Below are positions 1 through 7,471 of a stretch of 42,763 bases of DNA, one piece after another. Both the position numbers and the translations under genes were made by a program. Origin of the DNA: a virus. Lineage: Duplodnaviria > Caudoviricetes. The stretch spans positions 1-42,763 of the IMG/VR virus record IMGVR_UViG_3300042510_000830. One strand, written 5' to 3'. Every line of letters starts with the position of its first letter. The first letter of the stretch is position 1. Below the pieces are notes generated by a model, which saw only the letters and a program-made list of their open reading frames with translations, did not search any database and had not been told where the DNA came from.

Positions 1-275
1 CGAGCCAAGGGGTGTAGGGGCGAACGTCTCTGGCGTGACATGCTCAGGGAGGCTGGCTTCACCGCAAGGCGGGGCCAGCAATTCTCTGGGGGATCTGACA
101 GCCCAGATGTTATCTGTGACGAGTTACGCAGCCTTCACATGGAGGTTAAGTTTGTTGAGTCCCTTAATCTTGAGAAAGCCTGCGAACAGGCTGATCGAGA
201 TCGCGGCGTCAAGCCATACATCGTTGCTCACAAAAAGAGTCGTTCTTGTTGGAAGGTGACGATGGATGCACATTT
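1..275. repeat. Terminal direct repeat / circular-assembly overlap, left copy
   Basis: Matches 42489-42763 except four C/T differences (positions 102, 153, 183, 207), all synonymous in the resolvase frame. Confidence 0.95.
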
Positions 276-339
276 CTTTTTTGCTTTACTGCGAGAAGGA
301 ATGGACGCTTGCAAATCAGAGTACCATCCTATTTTGTGA
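1..339 (+). CDS. Holliday junction resolvase-like PD-(D/E)XK nuclease (start wraps; ATG at 42471)
   Basis: MPKINSRAKGCRGER...SPDV...HMEVK: SR.KG..GE, PD and EVK motifs of phage Hjc-like resolvases. Confidence 0.8.
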   Translation, partial: RAKGCRGERLWRDMLREAGFTARRGQQFSGGSDSPDVICDELRSLHMEVKFVESLNLEKACEQADRDRGVKPYIVAHKKSRSCWKVTMDAHFFFALLREGMDACKSEYHPIL

Positions 340-418
340 CACCTGCCCCGCTGGATACTCCGGCGAGCAAGGACTGGGAGATCCGGTCGCTGAGTGGTGT
401 GACGGCTGGAGAGACAGC
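336..418 (+). ncRNA. Structured repeat copy A (GACACCTG..GTGGTGTGAC..GGAGAGAC hairpin)
   Basis: Same conserved blocks as 19255-19584; internal hairpins cgctgga/tccggcg and gactgg/ccggtc; terminal stem gct-GGAGAGAC-agc. Confidence 0.7.
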
Positions 419-440
419 GCAATTCTCGGACGCGAGATCG

Positions 441-485
441 GGAACGCCGCCAAGGGTCAATGGGCGTGACACTGGGAGAGACTAG
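441..485 (+). ncRNA. Structured repeat copy B (variant)
   Basis: ACGCC/GGCGT compensatory version of the ACACC/GGTGT stem; 3' 20 nt gtgacactgggagagactag identical to copy G. Confidence 0.6.
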
Positions 486-500
486 GATAAATCTAAAATT

Positions 501-656
501 ATGACCACACAACAAATTACAGACAACGTGCAGCGCAGAATGGCTTCATACAACAAGTTGTTGAGCCAAAAGGAAATTACAGAGTTTGAATATGTCGAGA
601 TGGCCTACCGCATGATCGACTACTGGATGAGTGTGATTCGCGATCGGATGGCGTGA
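501..656 (+). CDS. Small hypothetical protein (51 aa) between two repeat copies
   Basis: MTTQQITDNVQRRMASYNKLL...; AT-rich leader; stop codon lies inside repeat copy C. Confidence 0.6.
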   Translation: MTTQQITDNVQRRMASYNKLLSQKEITEFEYVEMAYRMIDYWMSVIRDRMA

Positions 657-672
657 TACTGGGGGAGACTAG
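649..672 (+). repeat. Partial repeat copy C (3' half only)
   Basis: tggcgtgatactgggggagactag vs copy B tgggcgtgacactgggagagactag. Confidence 0.6.
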
Positions 673-687
673 ACAGCTTCTGCACCA

Positions 688-713
688 TGCAGGGGCGCGA
701 CTGCACAACGCGC
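688..713 (+). promoter_or_regulatory. Putative H-type pseudoknot directly upstream of ATG 721
   Basis: TGCAG 688-692/CTGCA 701-705; loop GCGCG 695-699 complementary to CGCGC 709-713. Confidence 0.4.
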
Positions 714-720
714 ACATCTT

Positions 721-1284
721 ATGAACATCAGCATCAATATAACATACGTTAGCGGCACCAAAGTCGAACTGATTGTCCCTCTTGAAGAGCCGTGTCAGAT
801 CGTCAGCCAGCCAGAGTCACCCGTGACACCTGAGCCGGTGCAGCCCGCGCAGGATTTGGCCGACGCGATGGCGGGACTGCCTGTGCTCACGGACGAAGAG
901 CGCGAATTGCTCAAGCCGTCCGGCAGACGGTACACGTCCGTGCAAGACATGGTCGATGAACTTAAGCAAGACCCCGAGTCAGGCAAAACGATGAGCCTGT
1001 ACGACATTACCTTCGTCACTCAAGACGGCAAAGAGTGGAAGGTGCCGCCCGGGCTTATGAAAGACTTTATCACCATTTACGGTGAGAAGACCGTTGAGCA
1101 GGAACTATGGAAGGCACACGCTTGGATCGAGGCCGACGTCCACCGTCGCAAGACCGCCCGCGGTATGGGGCGCTACCTTAACGGCTGGCTCTCCCGTGCA
1201 TCGTCGATGGTGCGTACACCGATCAAGACCCTGCTTAAGCGGGACAGCTTACTGACCACAAATGGAACCCAAGAAAGCTGGTAG
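721..1284 (+). CDS. Putative replication initiator / helicase-loader-like protein
   Basis: C-terminal EL.KA..W....RRKT..G..R.L.GWL.R domain typical of phage replication proteins; directly upstream of DnaB. Confidence 0.55.
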   Translation: MNISINITYVSGTKVELIVPLEEPCQIVSQPESPVTPEPVQPAQDLADAMAGLPVLTDEERELLKPSGRRYTSVQDMVDELKQDPESGKTMSLYDITFVTQDGKEWKVPPGLMKDFITIYGEKTVEQELWKAHAWIEADVHRRKTARGMGRYLNGWLSRASSMVRTPIKTLLKRDSLLTTNGTQESW

Positions 1285-1975
1285 GCGCAAGCCGGTGGAG
1301 CTGCCGCCTGACACGGTAGTGCCGACTGCTACTGAGGCCGAGCGAGGCATAGCGTCGATTGCGCTGAACCACCCCGAGGTGTTCCTTCACCACATTAGCG
1401 AGAAGAACTTCAAGGTGGCGGATATCTTTGAGCCGCTGAGTCATCGAGTGTGCGAGATCATCTTGCAGCAGCAGAGCCGCAACGCTTCGTCAGAAATTCG
1501 TGTGGTTTTCGAGAAGGTACGCGAGACGTTGCCGACGACCCAGTTCCATGAACTCAGCGAACTCTACACGCTCATGCCTATTGCCGGCGCGATTGGCGAG
1601 CTTATCGAGATCGTCAAGTCCACGGCTAAGCGGCGCACCTTGCAGCATGTCGCGCATGAAGTGCTCATGGCGATTGGCGACTCGACTGTGCAGACGCCGG
1701 AACTGCTCAGTGATGTCGTGATGAAGGTGGAGGGCTTGTCCCGGGAGTTGGCACCGCCAAAGGTGATGGATACGAAGGCGCTCCTGCTCAATGCGCTCAA
1801 CCGCTACGAAACAGGCGACGACGAGTCGATGCGGATAAAGACTGGCTACTCTGCTATCGACAATATCTGCCCGATCAGATACGGAGACTTCGTCGTCATC
1901 GGTGGAGAGACCAAGTCCGGCAAGACGATGCTCGCACTCAACATAATTGCAAACCTAATAAATGAAACTAATTAA
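1262..1975 (+). CDS. dnaB: Replicative helicase DnaB, N-terminal part (NTD, linker, Walker A)
   Basis: P...EAE.. and DIF....H N-domain motifs; IKTGYSAID, GDFVVIGGETKSGKT; stops just after the P-loop helix. Confidence 0.85.
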   Translation: MEPKKAGRRKPVELPPDTVVPTATEAERGIASIALNHPEVFLHHISEKNFKVADIFEPLSHRVCEIILQQQSRNASSEIRVVFEKVRETLPTTQFHELSELYTLMPIAGAIGELIEIVKSTAKRRTLQHVAHEVLMAIGDSTVQTPELLSDVVMKVEGLSRELAPPKVMDTKALLLNALNRYETGDDESMRIKTGYSAIDNICPIRYGDFVVIGGETKSGKTMLALNIIANLINETN

Positions 1976-2273
1976 CTTAACTCCGCACGATATCACCATC
2001 ACTGGTTACGGTATCGTGGAACCCAGCGGTCACTCCGTCAAAGTGCATAGTCACCTGTCCAAAGTTGGCGATGCCGACGGTGTCCCCATCATGTGCTGCA
2101 AGGAGTCGAAAGTGTCGAACCTGCCCGACCCGATGGACGGTATCCTGTACATTGTCCCGGCTTACGTCAGAACGTCGTTGCCGCGGCGAACCGATTTGGC
2201 TAGTCCAACAAAACTCATCCGCGACGAATCCGGCAGAATTGTTGGGTGCGGGGCGCTTGAAATCAACCCATAA
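1962..2273 (+). CDS. NLTPH-motif conserved phage protein (possible ring-nuclease-like)
   Basis: LINLTPH...LPDP.DGILYIV...R.DL.SP...IRD..GRIVG; function is inference. Confidence 0.65.
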   Translation: MKLINLTPHDITITGYGIVEPSGHSVKVHSHLSKVGDADGVPIMCCKESKVSNLPDPMDGILYIVPAYVRTSLPRRTDLASPTKLIRDESGRIVGCGALEINP

Positions 2274-2284
2274 CAAACACAAAC

Positions 2285-3064
2285 ATGAAAAACGAAATAC
2301 ACTACAACTGGGAAATGACAAAGTATCGGGCGACACCGGGCTTGTCTAAGCACAGCCTGGACGCATTTGCAGTCTGCCCGTCGTACTACAAATGGAAGGA
2401 GAGTCAGGAGTGGAAGCCGTCCCGCGAGATGGAACTTGGCACACTCGTCCACAGCTTGGCGCTGGAGGGGCGCTGTGACTACGCTATCGCTCCAGCGTGC
2501 GACCGACGCACGAAGGAAGGCAAGCTGACATGGGAGAACTTCTGCCAGGCTAACATCGGTAAGGTTATCCTCAACGAGGACGAAGGGGCGCGTGTAGAGG
2601 GTGCCTGCGCTGCCGTGGAACCGCTGCTTGAGATGGTCACCGCCAACAAGGTGATCGAGGCGTCCATGTTCTGGGAGCGTGACGGTGTGCAGTGCAAGGG
2701 ACGCCCCGACATGATAAGCGAGATCAAGGGCAGGCCAGCAATCGTGGACCTCAAGACAACCAGCGACTGGTCTAAGTTCGACCACAAGTTCTTTGGCTTT
2801 GGCTACGACAAGCAAGCCGCTTGGTACACCTACGGTCTAGAGCAGATCACCGGCCAAGAGGACATTGACTTCTACTTCTTGGTTGTGGACATGCAAGCGC
2901 CCCATCTCAGTCAGTGGGTGAAGGCGTCGAGCGAACTCATCGACATTGCTAACCAGCAGCTCGACGTGACACTGTCGCAGTACAAGCTGTGCCTCGATCA
3001 AGATGTGTGGCCCGGTCCACCAACGATGCGCGTGATGCTGCCGCGTAGATGGGAGGAAGCATGA
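2285..3064 (+). CDS. PD-(D/E)XK exonuclease, RecE/exonuclease VIII (DUF3799)-like
   Basis: GLSKH, GTLVH, CKGRPD, IVDLKTT, Y..QAA.Y motifs. Confidence 0.85.
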   Translation: MKNEIHYNWEMTKYRATPGLSKHSLDAFAVCPSYYKWKESQEWKPSREMELGTLVHSLALEGRCDYAIAPACDRRTKEGKLTWENFCQANIGKVILNEDEGARVEGACAAVEPLLEMVTANKVIEASMFWERDGVQCKGRPDMISEIKGRPAIVDLKTTSDWSKFDHKFFGFGYDKQAAWYTYGLEQITGQEDIDFYFLVVDMQAPHLSQWVKASSELIDIANQQLDVTLSQYKLCLDQDVWPGPPTMRVMLPRRWEEA

Positions 3065-3369
3065 GCGACGAACTAAGTGACGCAACATTGCGAGATCAGA
3101 TTTACGGGATGACGTTTTTAATGACTGACGGATGCACTCGCTGCCCAAAAGACATTCTTGATCTTGCCATCAACAGGTACGGAGAAGAGGCTGTTTACAA
3201 AGAGATGCTGAAGGCAAAAAAGTGGTTGCTTTCACATGCAGCAAGACACAAGAAACGTAGAGTTTCTGGAATTGGATTGTTTTTGCTAAACTGGTTTGAA
3301 AGTGCCGCCTTCTTTCGTTTGCGCGACGCAGAACAAAAGAAAAACTCATACAACAGATGGGAGGACTAA
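3061..3369 (+). CDS. Stand-alone paralog of the C-terminal domain of 721-1284
   Basis: IYGMTF..DG...YGEEAVYKEMLKAKKWL..G...FL.NW aligns by eye with LYDITF..DG...YGEKTVEQELWKAHAWI..G...YL.GW; AT-rich. Confidence 0.7.
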   Translation: MSDELSDATLRDQIYGMTFLMTDGCTRCPKDILDLAINRYGEEAVYKEMLKAKKWLLSHAARHKKRRVSGIGLFLLNWFESAAFFRLRDAEQKKNSYNRWED

Positions 3370-3370
3370 T

Positions 3371-3664
3371 ATGAGCGACGATGAGATTAATGCGGCTATG
3401 GCTGACGCGATGGGCTGGCGCAAGGAAGATGGCGTCTATGTGTGGACGGCCAACGGCATAGACTGTACCTGCGACGAATTGTGGGACTGGGTGAATGATC
3501 TCAACGCCATGCATTTGGCGGAGAAGTCGCTGAACATGCAGCAGTGGAGGATCTACCTGATGCATCTAGCCACCTTCATGCAAGACATCTGCCATGCTAC
3601 CGCAAAAGAAAAGGCGAAGGCGTATCTGAAAACGCTCGGTAAATGGAAGGAGGCGCAACCATGA
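3371..3664 (+). CDS. Hypothetical, phage ABA-sandwich-like domain; paralog of 4844-5185
   Basis: EINAAMADAMGW...VNDLNAMH.AE...KTLGKW. Confidence 0.65.
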   Translation: MSDDEINAAMADAMGWRKEDGVYVWTANGIDCTCDELWDWVNDLNAMHLAEKSLNMQQWRIYLMHLATFMQDICHATAKEKAKAYLKTLGKWKEAQP

Positions 3665-3903
3665 GCGACTGGGTACTCATACGCCGTACAAACGTGCTGC
3701 AAGACGTGGAGCTGCCGCGCCCCAAGCGCACGCAGGACATCGTCTGCATCGGGCCGAAAGACGCGCTCGGCTCCAAGATGGAGCAGCTCATGCTACTGCC
3801 GGAGAATCAATCGACGGATCTGATCGAGGTGAAGTATGTGCTGGAACCGTACACCGGGCAGCACTCGCATACCTCGGCAAGACCGATGAATGGACTTAGA
3901 TGA
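3661..3903 (+). CDS. Hypothetical protein
   Basis: ATGA-coupled at both ends, GGAGG upstream. Confidence 0.65.
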   Translation: MSDWVLIRRTNVLQDVELPRPKRTQDIVCIGPKDALGSKMEQLMLLPENQSTDLIEVKYVLEPYTGQHSHTSARPMNGLR

Positions 3904-4484
3904 ACAAAGGAATCCTCGTCATCTCGCTTGAGATGCCTGCGAACCAGATCATCGACCGGCTTGTCGCCCGGCTAGGCAGCGTCAGCCTGCGTACCCTCGC
4001 CGAGGGAGCCAAGCTGGAGCGCGACATCAGAGGTGTCCACAGTGCCATCCAGAAGCTCAATGCGAGCCGTTTGGTGGTGCGGGACGACCTGTACGACATC
4101 GCCAACATCTGCGCCACGGCACGGGCAATGGCGAAGTCCCCGGATGGGTTGGGTGTCCTGTTTGTCGATTACATCCAGCTTGTACGGTGCGACCTCGGGA
4201 AAGACTCAAGCCGCGAGCGTGAGGTGGCCGAGGTCAGCCGGAGTTTGCGCCTGCTTGGCATCGAATTAGGTTGCCTTGTGATCAGCATTACGCAACTAAA
4301 TGAGCAGGGCAAAGCTCGTGAAAGTCGTGCAATCGGGCAAGACGCTACAGCCGTGATGGTTGTGAAGCTCTCTGACGAGGCCGAGTTTCGCGAGATTAGC
4401 ATACCCATCCAACGCAATGGGCCGTGTGGCGTCAGCGCCAACCTGCGCTTCCACGGCAAGACTGCAACATTCCACAATGAATAA
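3900..4484 (+). CDS. dnaB: Replicative helicase DnaB, C-terminal part of the RecA-like domain
   Basis: ILVISLEM (H1a), LFVDYIQL (Walker B), SREREVAEVSRSLR, TQLN, RES.AI.QDA, QRNGP; no Walker A. Confidence 0.9.
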   Translation: MNKGILVISLEMPANQIIDRLVARLGSVSLRTLAEGAKLERDIRGVHSAIQKLNASRLVVRDDLYDIANICATARAMAKSPDGLGVLFVDYIQLVRCDLGKDSSREREVAEVSRSLRLLGIELGCLVISITQLNEQGKARESRAIGQDATAVMVVKLSDEAEFREISIPIQRNGPCGVSANLRFHGKTATFHNE

Positions 4485-4692
4485 ACACTACCAAAGTTAC
4501 ATGAAACTAGAACCTGACAACTCCAACAAAGCAGTCCCATACCTGTGGGGCTTTGCTACCCTCGCTGTCTTTGATGGTCTGGCCATCGCTTACTTCGCTG
4601 AAGAGCTATGGGAGGCCATTGTATTGCTCGTCCTGTTTTGGGCTAGTGCAGCGTTTGCGGTATCGGCAATGCAAGAATGGAGGGGCAAATGA
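4477..4692 (+). CDS. Small membrane protein
   Basis: Two hydrophobic segments; overlaps neighbours. Confidence 0.55.
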   Translation: MNKHYQSYMKLEPDNSNKAVPYLWGFATLAVFDGLAIAYFAEELWEAIVLLVLFWASAAFAVSAMQEWRGK

Positions 4693-4847
4693 CACCAACA
4701 AAAAAACAGATTGAGAGTGTGATTGCTGATATTGAGAGAATCTCAAACGATCTTCGCAACCAGGAGATCAAACTTGCGGACATCTCTCGCATCTTGATGG
4801 GTTTGCGAATAGCGAAAGAATATCTTGAACGGGAGTTGGAGCCATGA
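4689..4847 (+). CDS. Hypothetical protein (52 aa)
   Basis: MTPTKKQIESVIADIERIS...; ATGA overlaps at both ends. Confidence 0.55.
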   Translation: MTPTKKQIESVIADIERISNDLRNQEIKLADISRILMGLRIAKEYLERELEP

Positions 4848-5185
4848 CCGACGAGCAAATCAATCAGGCTATTGCGGAAGTCTGCGGGTGGCGTGACTTT
4901 GCGATTGAAGGCGGATCTGGCTTTTACAAGGGATTCGACAACGGCGCAGAGTTGCGTCCAGACCTGCCGGATTACGTTAACGACCTCAACGCGATGCATG
5001 ACGCTGAACAGCACTTGTGGCGTAAAGATTACTACATGCGGTACGATTACATCGACGAGCTTGGGAAACTACAAAATCCACACAACTGGCAACGCATGGA
5101 AGCGAGCGACATATTAGACGTTACAGCTCGCGAACGCGCAGAGGCGTTTCTAAAGACGATAGGTAAATGGGAGGAGGCGAAATGA
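4844..5185 (+). CDS. Hypothetical, phage ABA-sandwich-like domain
   Basis: QINQAIAEVCGW...PDYVNDLNAMH.AE...KTIGKW; paralog of 3371-3664. Confidence 0.7.
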   Translation: MTDEQINQAIAEVCGWRDFAIEGGSGFYKGFDNGAELRPDLPDYVNDLNAMHDAEQHLWRKDYYMRYDYIDELGKLQNPHNWQRMEASDILDVTARERAEAFLKTIGKWEEAK

Positions 5186-5334
5186 TCAGCACAGGCTACC
5201 CTGGTGATAGCGACCCGCTGGCAGAACTGCCCACATGCCCCGAGTGTGGCATCTGGCTCACGCAAGACTTGTTTGATGACTGGATCTGCGAAGACTGCGA
5301 CGCTAAAGAGAACAAGAATGAAGAACCCACCTAA
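5182..5334 (+). CDS. Small zinc-ribbon protein (50 aa)
   Basis: CPECG...CEDC; GGAGG plus ATGA coupling. Confidence 0.55.
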   Translation: MISTGYPGDSDPLAELPTCPECGIWLTQDLFDDWICEDCDAKENKNEEPT

Positions 5335-5400
5335 AATTCAGGTTGCTATTGCCGTGCTGAGCATCATAGCTTTGGCGCTGAGCTTAATACTCGACAGAGA

Positions 5401-5652
5401 ATGAGTGCTCAACTAATCGACAACCTCATGGAGAAGATCCATGTGTTAACACAAGAAAACAAACGACTAAAAGATGAGAACAAGACAAAGACAGAGACAA
5501 TCGAACGGCTGGGTAGCCAAATTGCGGAAGGTAGATCCACGGGACTGGAAGTCACGGATCATGGAGTTGCCCGTGAGAATGCAGGTGTTTGTGGCGCAGA
5601 TTGTGTGGTGGGATTACTTTGCGGACAAGACGGTGCCGGACCGGTGGCCTGA
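5401..5652 (+). CDS. Hypothetical coiled-coil protein
   Basis: ATGA-coupled; heavily overlaps next ORF. Confidence 0.4.
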   Translation: MSAQLIDNLMEKIHVLTQENKRLKDENKTKTETIERLGSQIAEGRSTGLEVTDHGVARENAGVCGADCVVGLLCGQDGAGPVA

Positions 5653-5815
5653 CCTAGACATGTGGCTCCGCGCACATCCTTTCACTTTCCGCAAGGAAGT
5701 GTGGCCTTCAGACGAGGAGATGGTTGATGCGCTCATTGGCATCGGTTACGAGCCCCGAACTGCGTTACGTCGCATGGGGATTAGCCAGAACAACAAGTGG
5801 CACAAGTACAACTAA
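5474..5815 (+). CDS. Hypothetical protein
   Basis: Protein-like composition; TAATG coupling to next ORF. Confidence 0.55.
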   Translation: MRTRQRQRQSNGWVAKLRKVDPRDWKSRIMELPVRMQVFVAQIVWWDYFADKTVPDRWPDLDMWLRAHPFTFRKEVWPSDEEMVDALIGIGYEPRTALRRMGISQNNKWHKYN

Positions 5816-6009
5816 TGGACGCGCAAAACGAACTACTCATGTACAAGCACGTCTTGGCCCAGGCTGCATCCGCTATCGAGCAGCTCAAGCACTGCCTGCT
5901 ACGGCACTACGACGCTCACTCGGCGTTTGCCAACGACCGGGCTGCACTACTCGACGCTGACCTTGTGCTGGCGCAGGCGTATAAGCTGACACAGAAGGAG
6001 GACAAATGA
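5815..6009 (+). CDS. Hypothetical protein
   Basis: MDAQNELL...; coupled at both ends. Confidence 0.55.
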   Translation: MDAQNELLMYKHVLAQAASAIEQLKHCLLRHYDAHSAFANDRAALLDADLVLAQAYKLTQKEDK

Positions 6010-6335
6010 CCACAAACGCACTTATAGAAAATCTTAAATCATTAAACCCAGAAGGGCCGCTTACAAAATCCTTGGTGTCTTTAGCTGCTCTAAGGCTAGA
6101 TGAGTTGCAACAACTAAACAAAAACCTAGAGTGTTCATGTGATTCTTGGGAAGATGAAGTAATCAAGTTGCGCAAAGAACTTGAAGAAACCCGCCCAGAA
6201 CCGTCTCGGCTTGAGATTGCGGCGATGGCAATGCAGGGTTTGCTTGTAAGCTCAGAATATCCCAAATCAACAATTGTGACAGATGCTGTATGGTGCGCTG
6301 ACAAGTTAATCGCAGCAGTAAAGGAGGCGAAATGA
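6006..6335 (+). CDS. Hypothetical protein
   Basis: AT-rich; C-terminal IAAMAMQGLL...A...AD.L motif common in phage hypotheticals. Confidence 0.7.
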   Translation: MTTNALIENLKSLNPEGPLTKSLVSLAALRLDELQQLNKNLECSCDSWEDEVIKLRKELEETRPEPSRLEIAAMAMQGLLVSSEYPKSTIVTDAVWCADKLIAAVKEAK

Positions 6336-6469
6336 CCGACAAAACAAAATACATCATCGTTGTTATTTTGTTCCCATTCCTTGCTTATGCGGGATTCAAG
6401 TGGCGGATTGCAGAGATCCGCTACTTTGCTGGAACATGTAATTGCACACACACTTGCACACAGAAATGA
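6332..6469 (+). CDS. Small membrane peptide (45 aa)
   Basis: MTDKTKYIIVVILFPFLAYAG...; ATGA overlaps at both ends. Confidence 0.5.
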   Translation: MTDKTKYIIVVILFPFLAYAGFKWRIAEIRYFAGTCNCTHTCTQK

Positions 6470-6948
6470 TCCTCCGCACCAAGATCATCGGCTTCACCGG
6501 GCTATCCGGCTCAGGCAAAAGCTACGCAGCTTCAATCGTCAAGGAGTGTTATCCTGCGTATCGACTGTTCTCGTTTGCACACGAAATCAAGCGGCTTGCT
6601 GGCTGCTACATGGGTTGGGATGGCAACAAAGACGAGCGTGGGCGCAAGCTCCTGCAAGACCTAGGCATGGCAGGCCGGGCGTATGATCCGCAGTTGTGGG
6701 TAGGCTTCATGCCGCCCGACAGACTACTCGTCATCGACGACGTACGCTTCCTCAACGAAGCTGCGGCTATCCGCGAGCATGGCGGGATCGTCATCCGAGT
6801 CAGGCGATTCGGCGTAGACCCTATGAATCATGTGTCCGAGACGGAGCAAGAGCGGATCAGCCCGGACTTCACGCTGGTTAATGATGGCAGCGAGACGTTT
6901 AAGCACATCCTGCTACACGAGCTAAAGAAATATGGCAGCAATGAATAA
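6466..6948 (+). CDS. Deoxynucleoside monophosphate kinase
   Basis: IIGFTGLSGSGKS, RKLLQDLG, IDDVRFLNE, HVSE motifs. Confidence 0.85.
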   Translation: MILRTKIIGFTGLSGSGKSYAASIVKECYPAYRLFSFAHEIKRLAGCYMGWDGNKDERGRKLLQDLGMAGRAYDPQLWVGFMPPDRLLVIDDVRFLNEAAAIREHGGIVIRVRRFGVDPMNHVSETEQERISPDFTLVNDGSETFKHILLHELKKYGSNE

Positions 6949-7234
6949 GCGTCAATTGTGGATACGCCGGGTCGAAGCTCGCAGTGGGATTGCGCCGCTC
7001 GATTTCAAGATGGCGCGGTACATCGAGTTAATGAACATCAGCAACATGCAAGACTTGCGCTGGTCGTTCACGACACCGGGCAACGTGCGCGGGATTGGCG
7101 CTGGCACGCTGAACAAGCTGAAGGGGCTGGCCGGCATCGAGGTGCCACCCAAGCGGGTGACATGGAAGCGCGAGGCGTTACGGCTGTATGCGCTGCTTGA
7201 GCAACATGGTATAGAGTACGTTAAACAAAAATGA
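6941..7234 (+). CDS. Hypothetical with HhH / RNAP alpha-CTD-like motif
   Basis: NISNMQDL...NVRGIGAGTLNKL. Confidence 0.5.
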   Translation: MNKRQLWIRRVEARSGIAPLDFKMARYIELMNISNMQDLRWSFTTPGNVRGIGAGTLNKLKGLAGIEVPPKRVTWKREALRLYALLEQHGIEYVKQK

Positions 7235-7470
7235 TTATGACAAAAACATATGACCAAATGACTGACGCAGAAAAGTATCACCATGAACTTCCACAGTATC
7301 GGCAAAAACTTATAGTTGCTGGCATTGAACGTGATGACGTTCTTCGGCTTGTTTGTAGAGCATTCAATATGCTTACTGAATTAATTGAAAGGCCAGAACT
7401 TGCAAATGATCCAGAGTGGAAAGTTGAGTATAAATTTTTAGATGAGGCAATAGATAAGTGGCTTAAGTAA
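7231..7470 (+). CDS. Hypothetical protein (AT-rich)
   Basis: ORF with ATGA coupling. Confidence 0.6.
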   Translation: MIMTKTYDQMTDAEKYHHELPQYRQKLIVAGIERDDVLRLVCRAFNMLTELIERPELANDPEWKVEYKFLDEAIDKWLK

Positions 7471-7471
7471 C

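Noticed and set aside
823-833. GTGACACCTG match to the repeat 5' block
   Set aside because: Coding (VTPE); no downstream GTGGTGTGAC/GGAGAGAC partner
1950-3910. Split intein, intron or DNA excision re-joining dnaB
   Set aside because: No Cys/Ser-start or His-Asn intein ends; the gap is filled with ORFs; the shared ATGAA at the two junctions would join the halves out of frame
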